DNA from: Candidatus Thorarchaeota archaeon
Lineage (GTDB): Archaea; Asgardarchaeota; Thorarchaeia; Thorarchaeales; Thorarchaeaceae
NCBI GenBank assembly: GCA_016840795.1
Contig: JAEORS010000001.1
Coordinates: 1 to 43,559, forward strand
Direction: 5' to 3'
DNA length: 43,559 nucleotides
This document shows, one piece after another, positions 17,848 to 25,780 of the stretch. Made by a program: the position numbers and the translations under genes. The notes under the pieces were generated by a model. The model made no database searches. It saw only the letters and a list, made by a program, of their open reading frames with translations, and was not told the origin of the DNA. Within the stretch, counting starts at the first letter, position 1. Each line of letters opens with the position of its first letter.

Positions 17848-17879
17848 GGTTTTAGCCCTCCCTACTGGCCAACCGTGAA

Positions 17880-19190
17880 TTAGCTACTGACCTCCTTATA
17901 GAGTTTGGCAGTAGCTGTTTCCACGTCTTTTCTTGACGCTCCAATGGCCGCGTTCATTACTATGTAGTCGTGCGGATAGTTGTCGATGCAGGAACCAAAT
18001 GCTCCTCTTTCCACCACACGGGGTCCTGTGACCCGCCGGCAATACAATCTGGCTCCTACCTCCTTTGCGGATAGGCCATCTAGAGTCATCGCACAGGCGA
18101 TTGCATTATCTACGGAAAGAACACGTTGCTTGACTGATTCGGCTATTTCTTCCATCTTGTTCTCCAAGAACTCCCTGTTTTCTCTCTGCTCTTCTCTCAG
18201 CTTTTCATATCCCTCTTGACCAATGGCTAGCATGGCGGCGAGTGTCTGGACCACTGGCGCGGCCGTTGCCCTGCCGGCGTAGGTTTCTGCAATCCATTCC
18301 TTGGTTTCGGATTCAGGAGTCACGACAATCGATGCGCCAACTGGTGAAAGGAAGTTCTTGTCGCTGCTCTGTACAATTGCATCAACTCTACCAGCATCTA
18401 TTGCGGAACGGATGGAGGACATTATGGCTTCTGATTGAACTCCATACGCGTTATTGATTATCAGAGGAATTGCGCTGTCGCTGCAAAGTCTGGAGATCTC
18501 TTTCAAGGGATCAGACAACCGGGGCGGAAAGAAGGTTGTTGTCGCCAATACTGCATACGATTCATTCTTCGATATACATCGTTCTAGCTCAGAGATGTCT
18601 GCTTGGACAGCATCACCCTCTAGAATCGTAGGTACTTGTACATGTTCAAGCCCGGCTAGTGCTATTGCACGAATGGGAGAAGCATGGTCAAGTCTCGGAT
18701 ACAGCACTCCTCGGACGCCCATTTCTCTCCGCAGGGCGCCCAGGACTAGGGCAATGCTCATTCCAGTCGCTAAGGGCAGCACAACGCCGTTTCGGACATT
18801 GCTCAGCCCCAGCTTCCTGATGGCGTCAACTGCCACTTGGTCCGCCACCTGCTGCATCAGTGACGTCCCGGGGGCCTTGGGCTGAGGGGCAGCAACATGG
18901 CCACTGCGACCGATTCCATGATTGAAACCGAAAGCCATCCGTTCGACAAAAGGGGATGCCACCCGTCCTTCTCGTTCCCCGACTCGTGCCGATTCTGGAT
19001 CCTTATCTGTGTCCATTGAGGACAAGAGTCTGAACAGAGTCTCCAACTGCAAGTCTGAGAAAGGCATCTTGGGGAATCTTCTGCGGTTCAGCAGGTCCCT
19101 AAGAGGAGCCAACAGTGCCTCAATAGTCACCCGTCCTCTCTCTGCCATGTTCGTTGGAATGATATCAAGCAGTCGATCTTCTATATCCAA
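17880..19190 (-). CDS. spcS: O-phosphoseryl-tRNA(Sec) selenium transferase (SepSecS)
   Basis: IPTNMAERG...FRLLSSMDTDKDP N-terminus and a PLP-lysine region, SSDKNFLSPVGASIV. The preferred start is the TTG at 19190, preceded by AGGAGG; the ORF could extend to the TTG at 19208. Confidence 0.9.
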   Translation of the reverse strand: MDIEDRLLDIIPTNMAERGRVTIEALLAPLRDLLNRRRFPKMPFSDLQLETLFRLLSSMDTDKDPESARVGEREGRVASPFVERMAFGFNHGIGRSGHVAAPQPKAPGTSLMQQVADQVAVDAIRKLGLSNVRNGVVLPLATGMSIALVLGALRREMGVRGVLYPRLDHASPIRAIALAGLEHVQVPTILEGDAVQADISELERCISKNESYAVLATTTFFPPRLSDPLKEISRLCSDSAIPLIINNAYGVQSEAIMSSIRSAIDAGRVDAIVQSSDKNFLSPVGASIVVTPESETKEWIAETYAGRATAAPVVQTLAAMLAIGQEGYEKLREEQRENREFLENKMEEIAESVKQRVLSVDNAIACAMTLDGLSAKEVGARLYCRRVTGPRVVERGAFGSCIDNYPHDYIVMNAAIGASRKDVETATAKLYKEVSS

Positions 19191-20571
19191 AGCTGAGTTC
19201 CTCCTCAACGAGTTTTTCGTAAATCACTTTGTCTGACTCCTTCACTGGGGCCTGGAAGACGCCGATTAGCACACCTCGAGTACCAAAGGGCCGCATAAGG
19301 GTTCCCCTGATGCCACTTGTAGTCTGTACAGGGGAACCTACAAACAACTCAGCGCGATCCTTGCTTGAGGCAATTCCTTCGACTAGTACATCGTCAGTAC
19401 GCACTCTGCCTATTCTTCCCATGCGAACTCTGCGTCTGTTCAACACAATCTTCGCTGGAGTTTCAATGACCTCCCCCGACCCAACTATCCTCATATGAGT
19501 AGGCGGCAGGTCGGTCCTCATTAAGATCACCTTCTGGCCTTCCTCAACTGCGATTTGGTTCTGGAATAGCAGGGCTGCCATGAATCCCGTTTCCTTTGCC
19601 TCATCCATGATGACCCTCCTATCTTCAGTGAAGGGCACAATTTCGGCGGTCACGTTCGGCATCCCCACCATTGTGCTTACAACCATCCTGTCCGTTATTC
19701 TCCCCTTGTACAATCGGTTTCTTTCCAGTTGGACTAGGACTCCTTTCCGGCTGACGAGAGCCCCTTGTTCAGACAAATAGTCACCGCGACTTATCTCGCT
19801 GTATTTCATGTCAGGAATGTTGACACCCACTCGGTCTCCAGCCTTCGCCTCAGGTAGGTTTTCCCCGAATGTCTGGATCGTTCTTACTCTCGCTTCTGCA
19901 TCCTGTGGCATCAGCCTCACTGTGTCCCCAGCGCGCAGAATCCCTCGTTGGATTGTGCCTGTGACCACTGTACCATGGCCCTTCACTGGAAATGCATGGT
20001 CAATAGGCATAAGAAATGAGCCATCGGTCAATCTCTTCTTCGGCCTAATCTTCTGGTTGAGGACCTCCTTCAGCTGGTCAATACCCTCTCCATTCTTGGC
20101 TGAGACTGCGACATATGCTGTGTCTTTGAACGCCGCCTCTTGAAGGACGGTACGTACCTTTTCTTGGACTGCCTTTAGGGCCTTGGGTTCAACTAAATCA
20201 CTCTTGGTTATCGCCACCACAATCGTATCAATCCCCAAGGACCGCAGCACGACAATGTGCTCTCCCGTCTGAATCTTGGGACCCTCGTCTGCGGCCACAA
20301 CAAGAATCGCTGCATCGATTATGTTTGCTCCTGCAACGACACTCCTAATCAAGTCTGCATGTCCCGGGGCATCTACCAGTGTCACACGCATTTTCCCAAG
20401 AGTGAACATCGTGAAGCCAAGGTCGATGGTTATTCCTCTCTCCTTAGCTTGCGGATGCTTGTCAAGGCCTGCAGTGGAAACTTTCTCACTCAATGCGCGG
20501 GCCAGCTCGGTCTTGCCATGATCAATGTGACCCACAAGGCCGACATGAACTGGAACGAGTTGCGTCATCAT
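19165..20571 (-). CDS. selB: Selenocysteine-specific elongation factor (archaeal SelB/aEFSec)
   Basis: 468 aa with GTPase motifs GHIDHGKT, DAPGH and TKSD. There are EF-Tu-like domains II and III and a short domain IV, with no bacterial winged-helix extension. Its 3' end overlaps spcS. Confidence 0.85.
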   Translation of the reverse strand: MMTQLVPVHVGLVGHIDHGKTELARALSEKVSTAGLDKHPQAKERGITIDLGFTMFTLGKMRVTLVDAPGHADLIRSVVAGANIIDAAILVVAADEGPKIQTGEHIVVLRSLGIDTIVVAITKSDLVEPKALKAVQEKVRTVLQEAAFKDTAYVAVSAKNGEGIDQLKEVLNQKIRPKKRLTDGSFLMPIDHAFPVKGHGTVVTGTIQRGILRAGDTVRLMPQDAEARVRTIQTFGENLPEAKAGDRVGVNIPDMKYSEISRGDYLSEQGALVSRKGVLVQLERNRLYKGRITDRMVVSTMVGMPNVTAEIVPFTEDRRVIMDEAKETGFMAALLFQNQIAVEEGQKVILMRTDLPPTHMRIVGSGEVIETPAKIVLNRRRVRMGRIGRVRTDDVLVEGIASSKDRAELFVGSPVQTTSGIRGTLMRPFGTRGVLIGVFQAPVKESDKVIYEKLVEEELSFGYRRSTA

Positions 20572-20602
20572 CCAACAGTCTTGGTCTTGCTCAGAACACC
20601 AG

Positions 20603-20608
20603 CTTAAA
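20603..20608 (-). promoter_or_regulatory. Candidate TATA box (TTTAAG on the minus strand) for the selB operon
   Basis: It lies about 32 nt upstream of the selB ATG in a 107-nt divergent spacer. A TTTATT box at about 20657 serves the opposite gene. Confidence 0.3.
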
Positions 20609-20678
20609 CCCTTCGCTATCGAGCTTGTTACGCTCCAACACTACGATTAGCGGGCTGTTTATTGGGCAGATTGCTGAG

Positions 20679-21098
20679 ATGAATCTCATGGTTTCAAGGT
20701 CTCTAGAGAAGATGCTTCTAGTTGCAATTGGTCTCTCAACTGCCGTGCTGATAGGTGTTCCAGTTCTCATGTACGCAATGGACACACTTGGAACTGCGTC
20801 TCAATTAGAGAGAGCAAGTCTATTCGCTGACAGAGTACATAACGTCACTGGAAGCGTGAACGACGGGCTAGCAAACAACATCGCGATCGAGATCCACGTG
20901 CCCGACGGCATAGTCATTGCCTCTGTTGGGACAACTCTCACGATTATGTTTGAGATGGAAGGCTTGGAAACCAGAACATGGAGTGTGGCCTATGATCACT
21001 CGATAGTCCTTGTTGGACCATCGGATTCTGGACCCTACATAATGCATGTTCAACTCGATTCCGGCACTATCGAGATTGCCTTTTCCTCCGTCATCTGA
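20679..21098 (+). CDS. Hypothetical N-terminally membrane-anchored protein (possible archaeal pilin/FlaF-G-like beta-sandwich)
   Basis: 139 aa after trimming the part antisense to selB. It starts MNLMVSRSLEKMLLVAIGLSTAVLIGVPVL and continues with beta-rich sequence. Confidence 0.45.
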   Translation: MNLMVSRSLEKMLLVAIGLSTAVLIGVPVLMYAMDTLGTASQLERASLFADRVHNVTGSVNDGLANNIAIEIHVPDGIVIASVGTTLTIMFEMEGLETRTWSVAYDHSIVLVGPSDSGPYIMHVQLDSGTIEIAFSSVI

Positions 21099-21188
21099 GG
21101 CTAAAGGTCGGTTTCATTTCAGCACAAGCTTTTTAATGACGGCTCAGGTCTTCGCCGTCGATACCTCCTTGGTTGAGGTCTGAATGTA

Positions 21189-22250
21189 ATGGCTAAGGAT
21201 TCTGAATCGTCTGAAGACATGGATGTTGAAGAGGACGAGTTGGACTTAGAAGAGGTTTCAGATGACGAGGACAGTGAAATCCACCATGAACCAGAGACCC
21301 CAAGAAGACTGAGTCTAGAGAATCCAATCGGCATCATCTTCAATATTCGGATGCTAAGACGAGTTGTCCAGCTGCTGTTCCTCCTAGGAATCAACGCATA
21401 CATTCTCGCTACGTGGTTTGGGGGTGAGCAAATTCTAGCATTCTGGGAGGGCTTTCGCGACATCTTGCCGAGCTTGCCCATCATCGCCCCCCTGGAAGCA
21501 CCAGGAGCTGTTCTTGCTGGCACCTTCGACACTCTTCAGCGAGAATTCTCCGGAGGCATATTCCCGTTCTTCACACTCGGAGCGATGATCATAATCCTCA
21601 CGATTCTCGGCAGATCAGCCTGCGGGTGGGTGTGTCCAATTGGGACAATCCAAGACTTCGCTACACTTCCAAAAAGAACCAAAGTGCGTCCGTCTCCTAA
21701 TACTGAGGATGAGCTTCGGCGCGTTAAGACGTACATCTTCGTAATCGTAATGGGGCTGGCCGTATGGGTTGGAATAAGCGGGCTCTTCGGAACTGCTGAT
21801 GATCTTGTGAACATACTTGGACCATTCGCCACAGCGGCATTTGATCCTTTCAATCCCGCCTTCATTATCTTCTACGAGGCTACCACACAGCTTTGGCCCT
21901 ACTCGTTGGAAACTATATGGTTCATCACACAGTGGGGATTCTTCATAGCACAGATTGCGTTCGTGATTTTGATTGTGGGTATCGGAATCTGGGTGCCCAG
22001 ATGGTTCTGTAGATGGTTGTGCCCTGCAGGATGGCTCTATGGTGCGTTCTCCAGAGAGGCTATCGTTGGCATAGGAAGGAATCCTGCAAGATGTACACCG
22101 GACACCTGCAACGTGTGTGAAGTTGTGTGTCCCATGAACATCAGAATTCGCCGCTACCCCTATAAGGCGTTGCGTTCGCCGGAGTGCATCCTCTGTCTAG
22201 AGTGCAAAAGCCATTGTCCAAATGGGGCAATCGTACTACGGTTTTCGTGA
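21189..22250 (+). CDS. NapH/MauN-like integral-membrane 4Fe-4S protein with an acidic N-terminal tail
   Basis: CGWVCPIGT and CRWLCPAGW TM-embedded motifs plus a C-terminal CNVCEVVCP / CILCLECKSHCP ferredoxin domain. The first 40 or so residues are D/E/S-rich. Confidence 0.7.
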   Translation: MAKDSESSEDMDVEEDELDLEEVSDDEDSEIHHEPETPRRLSLENPIGIIFNIRMLRRVVQLLFLLGINAYILATWFGGEQILAFWEGFRDILPSLPIIAPLEAPGAVLAGTFDTLQREFSGGIFPFFTLGAMIIILTILGRSACGWVCPIGTIQDFATLPKRTKVRPSPNTEDELRRVKTYIFVIVMGLAVWVGISGLFGTADDLVNILGPFATAAFDPFNPAFIIFYEATTQLWPYSLETIWFITQWGFFIAQIAFVILIVGIGIWVPRWFCRWLCPAGWLYGAFSREAIVGIGRNPARCTPDTCNVCEVVCPMNIRIRRYPYKALRSPECILCLECKSHCPNGAIVLRFS

Positions 22251-22604
22251 TTGATCCCTGGTCCGCTTCACGGTGACCCTCTCGAAACTATCCTGTACAC
22301 TGGCAAAGAGATCCATGAGTTTCAGACCAAACCCGGTTATTCTTGCGCCCCCACCACCCTCAGTGCCACCCTTGTAGGTTTCTAGGAGCTTGACTCCGGT
22401 TTTCTGTTCAATCTTCCTCACGACACCCCAGGCATATCGATATGACATTCCTAACGCCTTCGCGCCCTCTGTAATTGTGCCGTTCTCTTTGATGCTCCTC
22501 AGAATTGCGAAAGCACCAGGTCCAAATACGTAGTCGCCATCATGCTCTAACCACAACTTCCAGTTAGGCTTCAGCTTTGAGAATGCGTCATCTTCAGCTG
22601 TCAT
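22236..22604 (-). CDS. ModE N-terminal-domain-like winged-helix regulator (molybdate/tungstate-type HTH)
   Basis: ILRSIKENGTITEGAKALGMSYRYAWGVVRKIEQKTG...L...KGG..GGGA.IT..G matches the ModE-N/COG2005 pattern. An alternative start is the GTG at 22628. Confidence 0.65.
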   Translation of the reverse strand: MTAEDDAFSKLKPNWKLWLEHDGDYVFGPGAFAILRSIKENGTITEGAKALGMSYRYAWGVVRKIEQKTGVKLLETYKGGTEGGGGARITGFGLKLMDLFASVQDSFERVTVKRTRDQSRKP

Positions 22605-22663
22605 CGGTGAACACTTCCAGTGGCCCACTGGATAAGGGTGGATTACTACTCATATGACAGTTG

Positions 22664-22918
22664 CTAATGGCCCCAACGGAGTCGCTCTGGCTTCGTGTCT
22701 TTCTTGAATTCCTTCTTAACAAGTTTCCAATGGTCAGAGCAGAGATAGACTTTCATTGAACGAGCGTCCTTTACCTGCAGACCTGTATTCGCGATGCTCT
22801 TGGTTATGCGTACTGTCGGGAAAGACCGCTTGGAATCGTTTTGACACCCAACAATGCTGCAGGTCTTCTTTGCTGACGACAACTTCCTCACTTCATCGAT
22901 GAGCGTACACGTGTACAT
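22664..22918 (-). CDS. Small C2CH zinc-finger protein with a basic C-terminus
   Basis: 84 aa with C20-X4-C25-X34-C60-X2-H63, followed by WKLVKKEFKKDTKPERLRWGH. Confidence 0.55.
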   Translation of the reverse strand: MYTCTLIDEVRKLSSAKKTCSIVGCQNDSKRSFPTVRITKSIANTGLQVKDARSMKVYLCSDHWKLVKKEFKKDTKPERLRWGH

Positions 22919-22944
22919 TATAACATTGACGGACCAGCAGAGCT

Positions 22945-23943
22945 CTAGACATCACCTTTCGGAGTCAATAGTGGGCCTTCTGAGTAGTCAAACATGACCC
23001 GTTCTTCTGCGGACAATCTAAGCCTAAGTGACATCGTATTGTCCACCTCACCTACTTGGACCGCTGTAAGCCCGCACTCGCGCGCCACCTTCTCTACCAA
23101 GGGCACTTTCTCTGGATTCACTGCTACAAGGAATCCCAATGATACGTACATGCGAACCCAATCTTCGAGTATTATAGAGTTGGGACGAGCTGAGTCTACT
23201 GCATCAAGGTCGAGAAATCCTCCCTTCCCTGAGTATTCCAGTAGCATTCCGGCTGTGCCCACGAGTCCTGCAACTGAAACATCCTTGGCGGCGGTCACAA
23301 GATGCTTTTGAGCTAGTTTGATCATCACAGAGAGCCGTTCCACGACCTCGTTCGCAGATCGCTCAGTGACCGAGTCCCAACCTAACTTGTAACTGCCTCC
23401 GCGACGTCCTCGACTGTCGAAGAGCAGAATCAACACATCGTTGTCGCAAGCCCCACCGGCCGTCAGCATATTCTCTTTCTTGACCGTCCCTGTTGCAGAT
23501 CCAACAACATAGGTAGACGTGGACTGGGGATTCGTGTGGCCTCTAACTATGGGGACTCGAAAAGTATGAGACCCATCAATCAAACCCTCTAGAATCTGCT
23601 CGCCGATAGCGGAGTCATAGTATGAGATTGCCACAGCGAAGGAAGTAGGAGTGCCCCCTGCTGCATAGATGTCCATAACGGTTGCCAATACTGCATTGAA
23701 GCCGGCGGCTCGCGGATGGTTGAGGCATAGTTCCTCAACAATTGCGTCAGTCGTGAGTAGAACAATCTCATCGCTTGTTGTCAGAATTGCGGCCGAATCT
23801 TCACCAAGTCCGTGTTCTTGATTGCCATTGTAAGACGTTGCACGAAGACGTCCGATAATAGAAGGAAGAACGTACTTGCGGGAGATTCCCTCGAACTCGT
23901 GTAGGAGGGCAACAATCTCCTCTAAACGTGTCAAACAGAACAA
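22945..23943 (-). CDS. AIR-synthase-related (PurM superfamily) protein, selenophosphate-synthetase-related type, without a Sec/Cys-Lys loop
   Basis: 332 aa. GLGEDSAAIL...LLTTDAIVEE...AVLATVMDIYAAGGTP...RGHTN is the PurM/ThiL/HypE/SelD-type N-domain. TTG start. Confidence 0.65.
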   Translation of the reverse strand: MFCLTRLEEIVALLHEFEGISRKYVLPSIIGRLRATSYNGNQEHGLGEDSAAILTTSDEIVLLTTDAIVEELCLNHPRAAGFNAVLATVMDIYAAGGTPTSFAVAISYYDSAIGEQILEGLIDGSHTFRVPIVRGHTNPQSTSTYVVGSATGTVKKENMLTAGGACDNDVLILLFDSRGRRGGSYKLGWDSVTERSANEVVERLSVMIKLAQKHLVTAAKDVSVAGLVGTAGMLLEYSGKGGFLDLDAVDSARPNSIILEDWVRMYVSLGFLVAVNPEKVPLVEKVARECGLTAVQVGEVDNTMSLRLRLSAEERVMFDYSEGPLLTPKGDV

Positions 23944-23963
23944 CTCTTGGGAGAATCAGTGAG

Positions 23964-24089
23964 CTACGGTGGACCGAGGAAGCCTATCGCGAAAGCAGCC
24001 TGTCCGAGTATGATACCAATCCCTAACATAGAAAGCCCTATCATGAGGTAAATCAGGGCCCTCATTTCTGAGCGAACTTCCTCTAGCAC
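23964..24089 (-). CDS. Possible 41-aa single-TM micro-protein upstream of the PurM-like gene
   Basis: I translated this by hand: VLEEVRSEMRALIYLMIGLSMLGIGIILGQAAFAIGFLGPP. Support is only that it is hydrophobic and co-directional. Confidence 0.2.
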   Translation of the reverse strand: MLEEVRSEMRALIYLMIGLSMLGIGIILGQAAFAIGFLGPP

Positions 24090-24152
24090 TTTGGTTCACC
24101 TTGGCTTGCTGCGATGACTTGCGTGTTGCTTATAGAGGTTGCGGGACAAGTC

Positions 24153-24482
24153 CTATATGCGCCCGTTTCTATCGAAGGCTCTCTTCCCCCCTAGATGCCT
24201 GGAGTATGTAGACGGGACTTCTTCCAATCTATCCCCAGTATAGTCAAAATCGTCATTTAAGGGGGCTCGCACAGTCTGAAGCCCCTTGCATTTGCCAGCA
24301 TCCGTCATCTTCCGTATGGCGCAGACTCCGAATTTGCACCAGGCTCCATCGCACTCATCGTCAGTTTCTGTGCACATTATCGTCTTCTTCGAGTCTGTAC
24401 GCCGAATCCTGAGTGCGCTGGGCTGGCGACTGCATTTGAATTCTCTACAAGTTAGTGTGCATTCAGTGAGACCCTTGGACAT
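24153..24482 (-). CDS. Cysteine-rich hypothetical protein (8 Cys in the first 65 aa)
   Basis: 109 aa with the pattern C-x3-C-x4-C ... C-x6-C-x4-C-x4-C-x10-C. I did not recognise a family. Confidence 0.5.
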   Translation of the reverse strand: MSKGLTECTLTCREFKCSRQPSALRIRRTDSKKTIMCTETDDECDGAWCKFGVCAIRKMTDAGKCKGLQTVRAPLNDDFDYTGDRLEEVPSTYSRHLGGKRAFDRNGRI

Positions 24483-24511
24483 AACAACTCACTCCAAACA
24501 CAACTCATTGT

Positions 24512-25306
24512 TCATTTCTTCTTCTTGGCTTCAACGAGAGCCTCATCCAGAATTGCCCTGCCAATCTCGAGAATCTTCAAGGACCGTTCCACTCCGGCTC
24601 TTTCTGTTTCATACTTGCCTGATGAAACGTCTCCGATCCTATGTCGAGCTTCGAGTCGACTACTGTTTCGTTGCAGAGTTTGGCTTGTCTTGTTCATGCT
24701 CTTCAACCAGTTCTCTGCGTCCTTTATGGAACTCTTGAGATTCTTCTTTGTAGTCTTGATTGCGTCGGCAATCTTCTTTTTCTGCTCCTTGTAGACAGAC
24801 TTGTCTAGAGTCCCTTGCATTTCTTCTAGCTTGGAACGTTTCTCCTCTAGCACATCAAGTGTCTTGACTGCCCTCTCCAGACGAAGATCCCCTCTGAAAT
24901 CAGAGAGCTCATCACGCCTTGTCTTGGTCTTGTCAAAGGCAGCTCTCAGGTCTTCCGCCCGTGCGGTTATGACGGCCTTGTCAGCATGTTTCAGTTTGAG
25001 AGCCTGACGCGTAGCTTGAATCTGATCCAGCAAGGTGTCTAGTTCCTTTCGAATGACCCTTAGTTCAGCTCTGGACATCAATGTCACAAACTCTCGTTGG
25101 TCCATTCCGTCAACGGTCATGCCAAATGGAACTGCCACTGTTGGTGTATCTGTAACGGAAGATTCCAGATCTACAGGCGCCCCAAAGGCCTCAAGGTCCA
25201 AGGTAGCTTCTTCAGTGACTGCCAAGGGTTTCCCGCAAGACTTGCAGAAACTCCCCTCAGGAACCTCCATACCACATGAGGGACAAGTCACAAGTTCCTC
25301 AGACAT
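24512..25306 (-). CDS. Zinc-ribbon plus long coiled-coil protein
   Basis: CPSCGMEVPEGSFCKSCGKPL at the N-terminus, followed by about 190 aa of heptad-like K/E/L/R-rich sequence. A GGAG SD lies 8 nt upstream of the ATG at 25306. Confidence 0.6.
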   Translation of the reverse strand: MSEELVTCPSCGMEVPEGSFCKSCGKPLAVTEEATLDLEAFGAPVDLESSVTDTPTVAVPFGMTVDGMDQREFVTLMSRAELRVIRKELDTLLDQIQATRQALKLKHADKAVITARAEDLRAAFDKTKTRRDELSDFRGDLRLERAVKTLDVLEEKRSKLEEMQGTLDKSVYKEQKKKIADAIKTTKKNLKSSIKDAENWLKSMNKTSQTLQRNSSRLEARHRIGDVSSGKYETERAGVERSLKILEIGRAILDEALVEAKKKK

Positions 25307-25382
25307 CGGATTACTCCGCCCCGTGCAGAGTCTAGTTTTGCATTTTGCAGAGTGGGTTGCAACTTTCATGCTTAGATTGTCA

Positions 25383-25700
25383 CTACGTCAGTGTACCAAG
25401 ACGTGCTGTGACTTCATCTAGCTTCGCCTTGGTTGAAACTATGCTCTCAGCGCCGTAATCGGGAAGGACCTTCAGTTCTTCCACAAGAAGCGCAATTGCT
25501 TTCGCAGGTTCAACCTCCTTCGTGTCGATAGAACCATCAGGGAAGGTGAGTGATGCCTCAACCCACTTCTCTTTGGATTCGTCAGTTGGATATAGAATGT
25601 ATATGTAGTCGTCATTGCTGCAGATGAAGGAAGGAGTATGCTCCCAAGCTTCCGCCAACAATGACCCGAAGGTCTTTGCGTTCTCAGCTTTGTCTGCCAT
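25383..25700 (-). CDS. Hypothetical protein
   Basis: 105-aa acidic ORF, co-directional with its neighbours. No motif recognised. Confidence 0.45.
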   Translation of the reverse strand: MADKAENAKTFGSLLAEAWEHTPSFICSNDDYIYILYPTDESKEKWVEASLTFPDGSIDTKEVEPAKAIALLVEELKVLPDYGAESIVSTKAKLDEVTARLGTLT

Positions 25701-25780
25701 TCAGAAATCACCCTTCTGGGCTGGATGAGTTTGGGAAACGCTTGGTCTGAGTCCTTATTTGTTTTGCTCCGGTATGACAC

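Noticed and set aside
20493-20678. The 5' extension of ORF 20493-21098, and the many antisense ORFs inside leuS, selB, spcS, hdrA and others (for example 8733-9420, 18454-18885, 19808-20143, 36355-36891).
   Set aside because: These are shadow ORFs overlapping strongly supported genes on the opposite strand. They have Ser/Arg/Leu-rich compositions and no recognisable motifs.
23944-24100. An in-frame TGA (23956-23958) lies just upstream of the PurM-like ORF. It might have hidden a Sec-containing SPS-type N-terminal loop.
   Set aside because: Translating upstream of the TGA gives ...TGCFRDRLPRSTVAH-TGA-FSQE..., which has no GxG(U/C)K-type loop. The same DNA reads more convincingly as a small hydrophobic ORF in another frame.
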